A stretch of DNA of 63,225 bases, filler included, from Corallochytrium limacisporum Hawaii (taxonomy: Eukaryota > Protista > Pluriformea), in NCBI GenBank assembly GCA_002811645.1. It is 4 parts of 4 records of this genome, joined end to end, with 100 filler letters (N's around TTAATTAATTAA, not from the genome) between each part and the next. Parts side by side here need not be neighbours in the genome. Positions count along the whole stretch, not along the records: positions 1 to 29,241 come from PDIP01000122.1; positions 29,342 to 55,073 come from PDIP01000083.1; 2 more parts are not named here. One strand, written 5' to 3'. A program made the translations under genes and the position numbers. Each line of letters begins with the position of its first letter. The stretch's first letter is position 1. The notes below the pieces were generated by a model. That model did not search any database. It saw only the letters and a program-made list of their open reading frames with translations, and was not told the DNA's origin. Below are positions 21,182 to 32,332 of the stretch, one piece after another.

Positions 21182-24100
21182 TCAGGAGCCGACAATCATG
21201 GCTATCAGTTCTTTAGCTTCTGCCTCCAATCCTCGGCTGCGCAGAAAGTTCGCTGCAGTCGCTGCCTGTGTGGCATGACCAACATGGCCAACGTCAACAT
21301 CACGTCTTGTACCTCTCCCTTGTCCATTTCCGTTCTTCGCTGCATGGCCAAAGTGTGTCTTAGCTAGGGTGTAGACTTCCTGTGTCCACTCCTGGGCCAC
21401 AGCGATCCTAAGCGCCAATGCGGGACTACCAGCACGCAGATAGGCATCGAAGGCATCTCGATGGCGTGCCGTAGATTCGCATTCCGCTGCGTACGCAAGC
21501 CATGCTGTTCCCACCGAAGCAATCTCTGCCACTTCAGCAGAGGCGGCGAATTCGCCACGTCGACAGTACGCCCGGACCAGAGTGGCGGGATCGGTGTCTC
21601 CAAGTGCTACGGCTTGCCGTGGGTTCACGTGCTCCTTTTGCGGCTCTAGGAGGCCTTCGGACTCACGGTAGCTCTGCCACCAGCGTGCCATGGAGCCATC
21701 GGTGGCTTCCGTGAGACAGTACCGTTCCAATTGGTGCGGTTCGCTCATGGGCATGCGGACGACTTCTGTACGGTGCGAGAGGCCGCGTTCAAAAGCGGTG
21801 ATTGCCACAGGTTCGTTGCCCATGTACTCAAGGTGGCGTCCCATGGCAAAATGGACATAGTGCGCGTCCGTAGCGGACATGGTTCCTGCGTGCGGCGATG
21901 CCATCGTCTGCCGGACCGCTCCGTTCCAATCTGCGGAGGCGAGTGCCAGATGCAGGCCATGATTGCGATCCTTTGATTCTTCAAAGTAGCGCAAAGCTAA
22001 GTCGTTCATGCCGAGGTGCATGCATACGACACCCAGGCCAATGAGGTCATCTCCGTAGGTCTCCAAGGTCTGTCGCGCATGCTGGGCTGCGACGGCATAA
22101 TTTAGACCACCGAGGCAGTAGAGGGCGACATCAATAGAGCGCAGTTGAACGGCGATACGTACAGCAATTGACAGCAGCGACGAAGTACTGTTCTCGTTAT
22201 TTTCCAGGGTAGTCTGCTGCACCACCTTGTACTGGTGCAGAACACGCAAAGCATCATCATCATCAGCATTACAAAGAGCACGAGTGAAATGACGCAGGAC
22301 ACTAAGCAGCGCGGGATTCAAGTGAATCTTCATCTCATTCCCATTTCCAGGACTGCCTCCGGTGGTGAATTCGCGCATCGTGCGCCGAGTCAGGCGCGCC
22401 ACGGTGCCTGTGGGAGATATGGCCAGAAGGTAGACGTACGGCGCTGCGACTGCGATCAAGACCAGTTCACTGCCGGTTGTGGTGGTCTGGCATTGTCCCC
22501 GGTGCTGAGTTTGTCTTTGTGTCGATGACTGAGACTGACCAGCAGTTCCAACACTAGTGTCAGTCCCGTCGTTAGCCTTGGCCCCAGCTCGTGGTGATGC
22601 CAGCATAAATCGCTCTTTGGTAACAACGCCGAATTCCGAAGTGTAGTATAAGAGATCAAAGCACAGTCGTCCAGGTTCCGCCTCGCAAATGGATTGCACC
22701 GCAAACAGGTCGCTATCTGCGGTCTCCCAGCAATAATTCACAATGACTGACGCTGAATCGGCCCTACCTAGTCTGACTGGAACGACAATGTCCGATTCAA
22801 CATCCCAGACAAACAGAACGGTCGGTGACTGGACCCCATGATTGACATTCGCGGTACCGGCCTTTATGTGATCCCTATCATCTCTGACACACTCCAACAG
22901 CACCACAGCACCTTTGTGTTTAATCCTCACCCCAACAATGGCGGAGGCTACACTGCTAATATCACTAACAATGTCTCGTGCGACGGTTAGAGCAATGGGA
23001 GTCTTTCCCATGACACCCTTTAGCTTCCACACTTTAACTTTACCGGTGCTCAGCGCAACGGCCAGCAGATCCCCGCTCAGGTCGAGAGCAGTCGGTTTTC
23101 CGTCGGTTTTCGAGATTTCCAACTCAACAAGTAGCGATGCGTCGCTGGAGTCTACAACAAAGAGGCCGGCACTATTGCAGAACACCACCGCACCGTCATC
23201 TGTCACTGCAACGCCGGTGACCGGTCCTGCTTGGGCCTGTTGGCGCCATTTTCCGCTTAGTTCCGGTGCTTCAGGACCGCCCAGGGTCCAGAGATGGTTC
23301 TTGGCCTCTATCACCGCCGCAAGACTGGTACCCCCGCCGTAGCAGTGTAGGCGACCGCACCAGTCCACGACACAAACCTTGTTGGCGTTGGCGGCCAGAA
23401 TCTGGCAGGCAGGCATATCCGTAGCCTTGGTAAGAAGACTGCCGTCTACGTCGAATGCCGAGATGTTGCCGTGGATCCCGCACAAGAACGTGCCTTTTCC
23501 ACTCTCACCCATCAACTGTGCCTTCCCCGGGCTAACGGCGGGGGAAGTCCGCGGAGTGATGTAGTCGATTGCGCCGAGCCCACTATTGATCACCACGAGC
23601 TGTCCATCGTACATATTGCTCGGCCTTCCACCTTCTGTCTGGATGGCAGTTCGCGTATGGTAGCCCACTGAGTGATCCAAGCGGGTACTCGAGGTGTTTG
23701 GCCCCTTGCGAGGATCCGCCAGCACGGAAGCACGAACCCAGGGCACCGCGGTAATGAGTACTATAAAGACGCTGCCGAGACAAAGCACCACTTCATCTTT
23801 GGAACCACAGAAAGTCACGGATGCTCGCGTCAGTTTCGATTTTACCGGCAAAGCCGTGACCAGAGAAAGGTCGCCGGTCACTGGGTGACAGGCCAGGATC
23901 TTTCCCGAAGCCAGGGCCACCACCAACGTGCGTGTATTTAGCCACATTGACGTCAGAGCCACATTACGGTCGTCACCGACTGCAAACACACTACTATCAG
24001 CCATCTCTTCGACGCCTTCTCGCCCTTGGCGCTTTAGTGTGAACAAGGACCACGGATTCGACTGCCATCCAGTACACAAAAACCGACCGTCCCCGGAGAT

Positions 24101-24895
24101 GGACAAAGATGTCACGCCGTCTTCGTCCGGATCCTTGTAGATCTGCTGTGGTGGCATGGCTGGTTGCACATCGCTTGGATCGGACTCAGTTACGGCATAC
24201 TCCACGCAGAAGAGGCTGCCTTCGTTGGTGCCGACAATGAGACACTGTGACCGTCCCAAACCCATCATACCCGACGCTCCCGCGCCGAACGCATGCGGTA
24301 CTAGTGCACCCGCAGAGAGCCCTCCTGAGTTTCTAGGAAGGCTCCATTTCGACGCAATACGCATCATCGAGCACTGAGACACTTCCCAGAGCACAATGGT
24401 GCCTGTCGTGCCATGCAGTGTGACAAAGGCCACCGCTTGATGCCATGCCTTGCCATCACTGCGTTGGGCCCAAGTAACAATCTGTGTCACCGCGCCGAGG
24501 ACGGAGCTGTTCACATTTCCATCAGCACGCCCATCGTTGATGTGGTCCACCTCCTTTATCTTAATTGTGCTACTTTCAGCGTCTGTGCTGAAGTGATGCA
24601 ATAGGACTATTCCATCACTATAGCCTGCAAGGCCTAGGCATTGGGTCTCATCGATGCAAATCCACCGAAACTGGGTGAGTCTGCCCGAGTGCTCAGGCGT
24701 GAACTCAGACTGACACTTGGGTGCAATCAGAATGCCCGGTGATGCGTAGGTCGGAGAATGTGTGCCGTCGTCCCGGACTTTGGCAACGAGATCGCCAAAG
24801 ATCATGGGAGGAACAAGCCACTGTTCTCCAGCGCGGGCCTCCGTTAGTGACAGCGTGCGCGTCGCCCGCTGCTGTCGGTCAAAGGGAGTTGTCAT
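21182..24895 (-). CDS. IFT140: Divergent intraflagellar transport protein 140 (WD40 plus TPR-like), C-terminally shortened
   Basis: IDVALYCLGGL, GRHLEYMG...SHRTEVVRM, RWWQSYRESEG and LVRAYC resemble IFT140 C-terminal blocks; N-terminal beta-propeller-like sequence. Confidence 0.75.
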   Translation of the reverse strand: MTTPFDRQQRATRTLSLTEARAGEQWLVPPMIFGDLVAKVRDDGTHSPTYASPGILIAPKCQSEFTPEHSGRLTQFRWICIDETQCLGLAGYSDGIVLLHHFSTDAESSTIKIKEVDHINDGRADGNVNSSVLGAVTQIVTWAQRSDGKAWHQAVAFVTLHGTTGTIVLWEVSQCSMMRIASKWSLPRNSGGLSAGALVPHAFGAGASGMMGLGRSQCLIVGTNEGSLFCVEYAVTESDPSDVQPAMPPQQIYKDPDEDGVTSLSISGDGRFLCTGWQSNPWSLFTLKRQGREGVEEMADSSVFAVGDDRNVALTSMWLNTRTLVVALASGKILACHPVTGDLSLVTALPVKSKLTRASVTFCGSKDEVVLCLGSVFIVLITAVPWVRASVLADPRKGPNTSSTRLDHSVGYHTRTAIQTEGGRPSNMYDGQLVVINSGLGAIDYITPRTSPAVSPGKAQLMGESGKGTFLCGIHGNISAFDVDGSLLTKATDMPACQILAANANKVCVVDWCGRLHCYGGGTSLAAVIEAKNHLWTLGGPEAPELSGKWRQQAQAGPVTGVAVTDDGAVVFCNSAGLFVVDSSDASLLVELEISKTDGKPTALDLSGDLLAVALSTGKVKVWKLKGVMGKTPIALTVARDIVSDISSVASAIVGVRIKHKGAVVLLECVRDDRDHIKAGTANVNHGVQSPTVLFVWDVESDIVVPVRLGRADSASVIVNYCWETADSDLFAVQSICEAEPGRLCFDLLYYTSEFGVVTKERFMLASPRAGAKANDGTDTSVGTAGQSQSSTQRQTQHRGQCQTTTTGSELVLIAVAAPYVYLLAISPTGTVARLTRRTMREFTTGGSPGNGNEMKIHLNPALLSVLRHFTRALCNADDDDALRVLHQYKVVQQTTLENNENSTSSLLSIAVRIAVQLRSIDVALYCLGGLNYAVAAQHARQTLETYGDDLIGLGVVCMHLGMNDLALRYFEESKDRNHGLHLALASADWNGAVRQTMASPHAGTMSATDAHYVHFAMGRHLEYMGNEPVAITAFERGLSHRTEVVRMPMSEPHQLERYCLTEATDGSMARWWQSYRESEGLLEPQKEHVNPRQAVALGDTDPATLVRAYCRRGEFAASAEVAEIASVGTAWLAYAAECESTARHRDAFDAYLRAGSPALALRIAVAQEWTQEVYTLAKTHFGHAAKNGNGQGRGTRRDVDVGHVGHATQAATAANFLRSRGLEAEAKELIAMIVGS

Positions 24896-25354
24896 TGCCT
24901 TCAACTACTGATCCGCCCAGTTGACTCAATCTAATTCCATTGTTATATAGATCGTACCGTTATTATCGCTATTGTGACTACAGTTCCGCGGTTCTCCTCT
25001 GCCTTTGTTCAGAATACGCTATGTTGTCACCTACTCATACAGTCTGACGGACCTGGCAAAACCGGCAGCAGACAGTTTGCACTCACACAACCAAGTACCA
25101 TGACAGTCTGTCTAGATCACCTCGGACAAAGGCAACGAAACCACTGTTCCCAGGCAATGAACGAAGCAGGAGAACTGTGTCCGCTGTTACGGTGGCTGGC
25201 TTTTTTAGTTCGGGTCCAATCCGGCCCCTTTCATCAAAGAGACCCAGCGTCCGAACGGCAACGCCTCCGGTAACCCAGCTTCCCGACCCGCGCCCTTGCT
25301 ACCAGGGGAAGCGGCCCCTTGCTGGGGTCGAGGCCGTGAGGGTGAAAGATGAAG

Positions 25355-25366
25355 GGGAGTCTATTT
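25355..25366 (+). promoter_or_regulatory. Recurrent intergenic motif GGGAGTCTATTT
   Basis: Between divergent IFT140 and WDR89. Confidence 0.55.
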
Positions 25367-25691
25367 TCAACGGGCCACCGGTCCCACCCTCCCCCTGGGG
25401 GGGGGGGGCGCGCACACGGGGAACCATTGGGGTGGGCCAAGGTTACGCAGAGGCCCCGAAGCCCTACCACCAAGGTATACAAAGAAATCCGAGACTACTA
25501 GCGAATTATTGTAAGGCCTGGATCTGAGAGAAGCATTGTAGAGAACTGTACGATGGAAATATATATAGTGGCGAACTCGTGACAGTGCGAGACGGAGGCA
25601 GAAGTCAATCAACATGAGTACATGAACCAATGGTAATGGTAGTGTACGTTGCGCTGAACCTGTAGAAACGCAAGTACAAGTACTCAAAAGA

Positions 25692-26771
25692 ATGAGCATC
25701 AGAGGGCCGAGTGCGCAGTTTCCGGCCATGGTCGCCACTGCTGTCAACCGCGCCAAGGATAAAGAGTATGTCATTGATGTACAGGTACTACCTTTGCCCG
25801 GATCTGGCAACGATGAGGCCGTCGCTGTGGGCTACGCAAATGGTCGGATCGAGGTTTTAACTCCGCAAGGGTCCGCGTCGGAGATGTTGACCCAGCAAAT
25901 ATCATTGAAACACCATAATACGCGCATAGTCCGCGTACAGAGCCCGGAAGCCGGGGCAGGGCGACTGCTCTGGAGCTGTAGCAGCGACGGCAGTGCGCTG
26001 CTCACCGATCTTCGCACCCCTCAGAAACCCAGCGTGGTGCTCCCACACGAATTTCCCGCGGTGCAGAGCTTCGCGGTTGATGTACATAATCAATTTGCTG
26101 CGGTGGGATCGGACAAGATCGGGCAGGACGCACACGTTGCTGTCTACGATCTGCGTGGGCCGGCGCGGAAAGTCGGGCATTTCAGCGATGCACACAGCGA
26201 CGACGTCACTGCCCTGTGTTTCCATGCACAGAGTCCATCATCGGAAGCTGTGCTGCTGTCCGGCAGCACAGACACCATGTTCAACGTCTTTCACTGGCAG
26301 ACGGGACAAATTGGCTCCGGGTCGGCGACTGATTCGTTTGTCATGGATGAGGACGAGTTTCTGCGCTACACTTGCACGACCTCTTCAATCGCGAAGCTTG
26401 GTACGTTCGGACCTGGTGGTAAATATGCCTATGCACTATGCCATGACGAGGCATTTACCGTCTACGATCTGCAGACCGGCGATGAGTTGGTCCACTTCGC
26501 GGATGTTCGCGTGCCGTTGCAGGCACCCGCAGTCGACGGTCTGTGGGACCAACTGATCGATGGCATTTACATTGAAGACACCACGCGATTCTACCTCGCA
26601 TCCAGCACAAGCAATGGTACATTTTCCCTGCTACACGTGAACAAGGGTAGCGTGCAAAAGGGTGCGGAGATAACACAGCCACATACGGAACTGATTCGAA
26701 CACTGCATAACCGTGGTCGGGTGCTGTATACCGGAGGTGAGGATGGTGCGGTGGTGCGGTGGCAGTTGTAG
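25692..26771 (+). CDS. WDR89: WD40 repeat protein, WDR89-like
   Basis: HSDDVTALCFH, LLSGSTD, HTELIR, LYTGGEDG motifs. Confidence 0.8.
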   Translation: MSIRGPSAQFPAMVATAVNRAKDKEYVIDVQVLPLPGSGNDEAVAVGYANGRIEVLTPQGSASEMLTQQISLKHHNTRIVRVQSPEAGAGRLLWSCSSDGSALLTDLRTPQKPSVVLPHEFPAVQSFAVDVHNQFAAVGSDKIGQDAHVAVYDLRGPARKVGHFSDAHSDDVTALCFHAQSPSSEAVLLSGSTDTMFNVFHWQTGQIGSGSATDSFVMDEDEFLRYTCTTSSIAKLGTFGPGGKYAYALCHDEAFTVYDLQTGDELVHFADVRVPLQAPAVDGLWDQLIDGIYIEDTTRFYLASSTSNGTFSLLHVNKGSVQKGAEITQPHTELIRTLHNRGRVLYTGGEDGAVVRWQL

Positions 26772-26983
26772 CGTCTCTGTAGATCTCGAGAACGTTCAAG
26801 TCTTTGCTAGTGCTTCTAAGTGAATTTATCAAAAAAGATATAGTTGCAATGTAGATAGTCCTTTGCCAATAAGAGTGTCCTGTTGAAAAAAGTCTCATCA
26901 GGATCGTCGTATGTCGGTTTTTCCTATTATGAGTACGTATTCTTTTGAGACGGTTAACGGAGTTGTGGCTACCGCCTCTCGCA

Positions 26984-28462
26984 TCATACGATCTTGCCGG
27001 GATTCATGATGCCGTGTGGATCAATAGCGTGCTTAATACTGCGCTTGATATTCATGGCCGCCTCGTTAAACTGTTTTCCGAGATACTTCTTCTTTCCCAG
27101 CTGCACACCGTGCTCGCCGGTAATTGTGCCGCCCAGGCGCAGCGCGCGCTCAATCAGGTGCCCGTTGAACTCTTCCGCGGCCTTGATCTCGTCTGGATTG
27201 CTCACGTCCAACATCATCATACAGTGGAAGTTGCCATCCCCGACGTGTCCGACAATCGGGGCAGTAATTCCATACTTCTTGATATCTGCCTTTGTCTCCA
27301 ACACTGCCTGCGATAGCCTGCTGATCGGTACCGCAACATCTGTGCTCCAACCTCTAATGCTCTCGCCCTTGCGCATGTTCTTGGCTGCATACCAAGCGTT
27401 ATGGCGGGCGTGCCATAGACGGTTCCGCTCTTCTTGGCGCACCGCCCATTCAAAGTCACTTCCGCCCAAGTCTGTAACAAGATCTTTGACCATGTCCGCC
27501 TGGCTTTGCACGCTCTGCTCGTCACCCCCGTTGAATTCAAGAAACAGGGTCGGCTTCTCCGCGAAGGACATGTTCGAGAACTCATTTACAGCACCAATCT
27601 CTATTTCATCCAGGAACTCGATGCGCGACACTGGGATTGCGCACTGCATGACAGCAATCACGGAGTCGACGCATCCTTCGAGGGTGTCGAAATTGCACAC
27701 TGCAGCGGCGGTGTACGCTGGAACTCCGTGCAACCGCAATGTTGCTGACGTGATCAGTCCAAGCGTTCCCTCAGCACCGATAAATAGTTCTGTGAGATTG
27801 TAGCCCGCTGATGTCTTTCGCGGGCGCGTACCCTCGCCCGCTGTATGCATCACCTCGCCGGAGGGAAGGACAACCTCCAAGTTGCAGACGTTATCCTTGA
27901 TGGTACCGTAGCGCACGGTGTTAGTACCACTGGCCCCCGTGCTCACGAGACCACCCACACTTGCGTCGGCACCGGGGTCGACCGTAAACATGAGGCCGTC
28001 GTCCTTAACCGCGTGGTTGGCTGCCGTACGGGTGACCCCGGCCTGTACCTCCATGTTCATGTCCTCAGGCCAGACCTCGAGGATCTTGTCCATACGTTCC
28101 GTTGAAATGCAGAGACCGCCTTTCAAGGCGCAGACGCCACCCTCGAGACCCGTTCCTGTGCCGTAGGGGATGACGGGGATCCGATCCTTTGCGCAAAGTT
28201 TGACGAGTTCGCTTACCTCGGCGGTGGACTCCGGGAAGACGACCAGGTCCGGCGGACTGGAGTCAATCAGGCCCTCATCGGCACCGTAAAACATGCGCTG
28301 GCTTTCTGCAGCTGTAGCATGTTCCTTACCAACAATTCCTTCTACAACAGACAGGGCTTGTGCGGACAGGGCCCGGATCGCATTGAAGGCAATCTCCTTC
28401 TGTAGGGGAACCAGCCCACTGCGCTGGCGCAGGATGGCACTATGTACGGTGCGCAGAGACAT
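26984..28462 (-). CDS. LDHD: Mitochondrial D-lactate dehydrogenase (FAD-linked)
   Basis: PYGTGTGLEGG, DPGADASVGG, ASGTNTVRYGT, GAEGTLG, GHVGDGNFH, TGEHGV, IMNPGK; presequence-like N-terminus. Confidence 0.95.
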   Translation of the reverse strand: MSLRTVHSAILRQRSGLVPLQKEIAFNAIRALSAQALSVVEGIVGKEHATAAESQRMFYGADEGLIDSSPPDLVVFPESTAEVSELVKLCAKDRIPVIPYGTGTGLEGGVCALKGGLCISTERMDKILEVWPEDMNMEVQAGVTRTAANHAVKDDGLMFTVDPGADASVGGLVSTGASGTNTVRYGTIKDNVCNLEVVLPSGEVMHTAGEGTRPRKTSAGYNLTELFIGAEGTLGLITSATLRLHGVPAYTAAAVCNFDTLEGCVDSVIAVMQCAIPVSRIEFLDEIEIGAVNEFSNMSFAEKPTLFLEFNGGDEQSVQSQADMVKDLVTDLGGSDFEWAVRQEERNRLWHARHNAWYAAKNMRKGESIRGWSTDVAVPISRLSQAVLETKADIKKYGITAPIVGHVGDGNFHCMMMLDVSNPDEIKAAEEFNGHLIERALRLGGTITGEHGVQLGKKKYLGKQFNEAAMNIKRSIKHAIDPHGIMNPGKIV

Positions 28463-29241
28463 TTACACGGACGTCTGTTTCGCTATTAACTTCAAGTGTT
28501 TTTCAGCAGGTGCACCAGTATCTTAACATGTCAATCTATTCAAGATGATTGAGGTTCGTCCTGTTGCTGGGTCCTTGTACCTTCACGTACCTCGGTCGGG
28601 TCTCTCGTCCGTCATCATCTACCAACCCAACCCCGCGGGGCCCGGGGAGGGGGAGAGGTGAAGGGAGGGAGAGAGCGCAGAGGTTCGGAGAAGGGGGGGG
28701 AGGTGTCGCTTCCGTCCCAACGAGCTTCACTCCAGAACCCAAAACCCCCGGGGCAGGTGGAGTAGTCTTCCTCCTGGCACGACAAGCCAGCGGCCCACCA
28801 AAGCCAAAACAAAAAATAAAAGCAACAAAAAAAAAAAAGGAAAAAAAATTCGACCGGGCGATTTGCGGTGTACTTCATTCACCACCACTGCCGCCGAACC
28901 AAACCTTGGCCTGAATCCTTGCCCAACCCCCAGACCCGGCGGAGGGGCCTCCGCCCCCCCCCCCCCTGCTGAATCACCCCTCTCAAATGGATCATTGCGC
29001 ATTCCCTTCAGATCACCGGACAAAGGGGGGGTGGGGAGGGTTTGCGCAAAACCCTTACCAGCTCACGGCCACCCTAGGGGGGGGGTTAATTCCTGCCGGT
29101 CTTGCGCCAATACACACACCCGGCAGAATTTTTTCCTTTGGTGGTTTTCTAGGTACGTACTATCCTCTGCGTCGAAATATTGCTCCAAATCACATTTAAT
29201 CAACCGGAATAAGGAGGGAGGGAGAAATTCGCGCTAACCGA

Positions 29242-29341
29242 NNNNNNNNNNNNNNNNNNNNNNNNNNNNNNNNNNNNNNNNNNNNTTAATTAATTAANNN
29301 NNNNNNNNNNNNNNNNNNNNNNNNNNNNNNNNNNNNNNNNN
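29242..29341. other. Assembly gap with artificial TTAATTAATTAA linker (29286-29297)
   Basis: 100-nt N run with a central six-frame-stop spacer, identical at three gaps. Confidence 0.95.
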
Positions 29342-30317
29342 CCCCCCCCCGGAGGGGGACTATTGGTTTTTTTGATATTTTGCGAGAAGACGCCGCTTTT
29401 TGGTCCTCGTGGCAGGCCTTTCACATCAAAAAAGAACCAAACCAAGAGAAAAAAGGGGAACGGTACAAAAAAAAAAGACTGGAGGGAATCGCTCTCTCTC
29501 TCTCATTGTGCACCGATAAAAGAAAGAAAAAAAGCCCCGTTCATGTGCTCCCCCCGCCCAGGGGGGTCCCCCATTTCCGTCCTTTTCTATTTTCTGGTGA
29601 TGAATTACAAAGAAAAAAAAGAAGAGAGGAGAATTGCATACCGAAAACGATGGGGGGCCAGCCCGTTTGGACGCTCGCAATACACACTTTGGTCCTTAAT
29701 CTCTCCTCACACAGTGGTCCGGCGAGAAGGGTTTTGGTGGAAGGTTGCTTGAGCGTAGAGGGAGGTAGAGCTTAAGGGCAAAGGGAAGAAAATGAAGGAA
29801 AAGCCAAAAAAGAAAATGAAGGTGAAAAAAAGGGAGGATAGGGAAGGAATTAGAGAGAAAAAAAAGGGGGGAAGGTTCTCTTCTCTTTTCTATTTTCCAC
29901 TTTGGATGATAGACCTCGTATTCACCACCAAAGATCAGCCACCAGTCTCCTCGATACTTTCTCTCCTTCTCCTATTTTTTTCATTTTTAACATTTTTTGG
30001 GTGTTGCGCACCGGAGGAACCGTCCGACGCACCAAAAAGAAAAAGAAATGGTGTGCCGGGGAGAGGAGAAAAGAGGCCGTCCAAAGGGATTCTGCAATGA
30101 ACGAACGGCATTCCATTGCGTCGCTGTAGCCCGTCATTGTCAACAGAAATGGAGTACGTAGTGAGTATTGGTACTTGAGATTTCATAGAGACCCTTGAAT
30201 CATAATGGAAGAGAACGGGAACTTAAGCGACCAAGCCCATGGCAAGGACAGCAATAAGGACCAGGAGAGAGATTGACTACTTGTAGGAAAACGAAACCGA
30301 CGTAAAAACGAGCAGCC

Positions 30318-31922
30318 ATGGCACGTCGCTTCAAGTTCAGCCCGACGAGGTTCTGGGCAGACATCCGCTGGCTGTATGAATGGATCCATACAATGTTCCA
30401 CAAAGAGAACATTATCAACCGGACAATGTGGCTTGTTCTGACCATGGCGGTTCTGGCTCCCGTTGCCCCGGTCATCTTCGTCTGGGCGCTGGTCTTGAGC
30501 CCGATTCTTTTCTTGATCGCTGGATTTATTCTCATGATGCGCATCCATGATGCCCCACGTTTCCGCTCCGCCCCCCACCGGCGCATTGAAGGCTACTGTG
30601 CTCCAGAATGGCAACCAGTCCGTGACCAGTTCGCCTCTGCAATTACTTCGGGCAATGACCTCGGCGCGTCCGTGTGCGTATACCACGAAGGTGAGCAAGT
30701 TGTCGACCTGGCTGGCGGAGCTAAGGGTGCGGGCAAGGACAAAGGATTCTACGACCGTGACACCGTAAACTGTGTCTACTCGTCGACGAAGTTTGTGGAG
30801 AGTTTGGTCATTGCCATGCTCGTGGACCGCGGCCACTTGGAGTACGATAAACCCATTGCGGAGTACTGGCCCGAGTTTGCTACTAATGGCAAACAACTGA
30901 TTGAAGTACAGGAACTGATGCGCCACGCCGCCGGTTTGAGTGCCCTGGACCGCGTTCTGGAGCTGAACGAATTGTGGCCCGAGAACATGGACAAGTTCGG
31001 CGAGTACTTGGCCAGGGTCAAGCCAATCTATAAAAAACGCCCTGGTCGTAAGATGCCCACTGCCTACCACGGATTTACCCGCGGCTTCTACATCAACCAA
31101 ATCGTCCGTCGCGTTGATCCGAAGGGCCGTAATGTGCGGCAATTTATCCTCGAAGAAATCACCGGTCCCCTCGGCATAGACCTCTTCGTCGGCCTTCACC
31201 CGGAAGACGATGCGGAAATTGTCGAGCGTCGCAAGTCCAGGATGACATTGCAACCAAAGAGTGTGGTTTTCTTCTCCATTCTGCCACAGCTGTTCCTGCC
31301 GTCCCGATGGTACCTGCCTTTCATCAACAATCCATACCACAAGGTGCCGCGAAACGTCAAACGGATCTGTGCCAGCTCAATCTCGACCCAGAACGACACG
31401 CAGACCGCCCGTGCTTTGCTGGGAGTGGTGAAGTCGTCGCCTGCAGACATGAATGGACCGGATTGGCTTCGTGGATTGAGCTCCTCGACCAATGGCTACA
31501 GCAATGCGCGCGCCCTGGCCAAGATCACGGGCGTGCTGGCCAATGGTGGATCCATGGACGGTGTTACTCTGTTGTCACCGGAGGGTCTCAAGAAGGCGCT
31601 TGAGACCGATGGTCGTCAGCTCTGTCGTGTGATCCACACCGAGGTTGAGTTCACCCGCTGTGGATGGGCGTACTTTGAGGAGGAACTTAACGGCTGTTAC
31701 GGCTGGGGAGGCTATGGTGGCAGTATGGTTTTGTTCCAGCCCGATCTAAAGTTCAGTTACAGCTATGTCATGAACGCAATCGGCACCGCCGCCTTGGGAG
31801 ACTACCGCGGCATATCCTGCCTCGACCATGCAATGCATATTGCGGACGAGAAGGAAAAGGCTGTCGAGGACAAGCGGGACCTGATGACCCGTCGGATCAG
31901 CGTAAAGAACATCAAGTTCTAA
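30318..31922 (+). CDS. Beta-lactamase-related serine hydrolase with N-terminal membrane anchor
   Basis: GASVCVY, VVDL, SxxK (YSSTK), YWPEFATNGK, LMRHAAGL, AYHG, GWGGYGG; hydrophobic residues about 37-73. Confidence 0.88.
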   Translation: MARRFKFSPTRFWADIRWLYEWIHTMFHKENIINRTMWLVLTMAVLAPVAPVIFVWALVLSPILFLIAGFILMMRIHDAPRFRSAPHRRIEGYCAPEWQPVRDQFASAITSGNDLGASVCVYHEGEQVVDLAGGAKGAGKDKGFYDRDTVNCVYSSTKFVESLVIAMLVDRGHLEYDKPIAEYWPEFATNGKQLIEVQELMRHAAGLSALDRVLELNELWPENMDKFGEYLARVKPIYKKRPGRKMPTAYHGFTRGFYINQIVRRVDPKGRNVRQFILEEITGPLGIDLFVGLHPEDDAEIVERRKSRMTLQPKSVVFFSILPQLFLPSRWYLPFINNPYHKVPRNVKRICASSISTQNDTQTARALLGVVKSSPADMNGPDWLRGLSSSTNGYSNARALAKITGVLANGGSMDGVTLLSPEGLKKALETDGRQLCRVIHTEVEFTRCGWAYFEEELNGCYGWGGYGGSMVLFQPDLKFSYSYVMNAIGTAALGDYRGISCLDHAMHIADEKEKAVEDKRDLMTRRISVKNIKF

Positions 31923-32332
31923 GAAATTTTACCAGAATCTCTTGTTCGGGAGTTCGCACCTTCAATGTCAATTACACTTAGTTAGTCGTTGTTACTCGCA
32001 GTTCGCTCTCTGGTCCCTTTGCCGACCACCGCCCCCCTCCTCGCCACACTTCGCTGTGCGCCGGCGCTGCCCCCTCCCGGTCACCGGAGGAGGTCCGGTC
32101 CGCACGAGCGAGTCCCGCCCTGGCTCAAACGCTCAGCGGTGCGTGGGGGGCCAGGTAGTCAAAGAGCAGGTGATGGACGAGAACCCTGCGTTTGAAATCG
32201 ATGGCAGCAATGTATGCGAAAAGAAAGGAAATTTCACTACAGATTGTTCTCGTAAAAACTCAGGTAGAACCATGTTAGTTTTTTCGGTGCTCCAGGTTCG
32301 GAACGACGCAGGATAGTCAATAGCAAGAGAAC

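Noticed and set aside
26994-27803. 269-aa antisense ORF over LDHD
   Set aside because: Shadow of a well-supported gene.
29286-29297. TTAATTAATTAA as a piggyBac TTAA site or regulatory repeat
   Set aside because: Embedded in Ns and identical at three gaps; an artificial linker.
29342-30140. Several Lys/Phe-rich short ORFs
   Set aside because: Products of A-rich low-complexity contig-end sequence.
30183-31340. 385-aa antisense ORF over the beta-lactamase-like gene
   Set aside because: Shadow frame; the catalytic motifs are on the plus strand.
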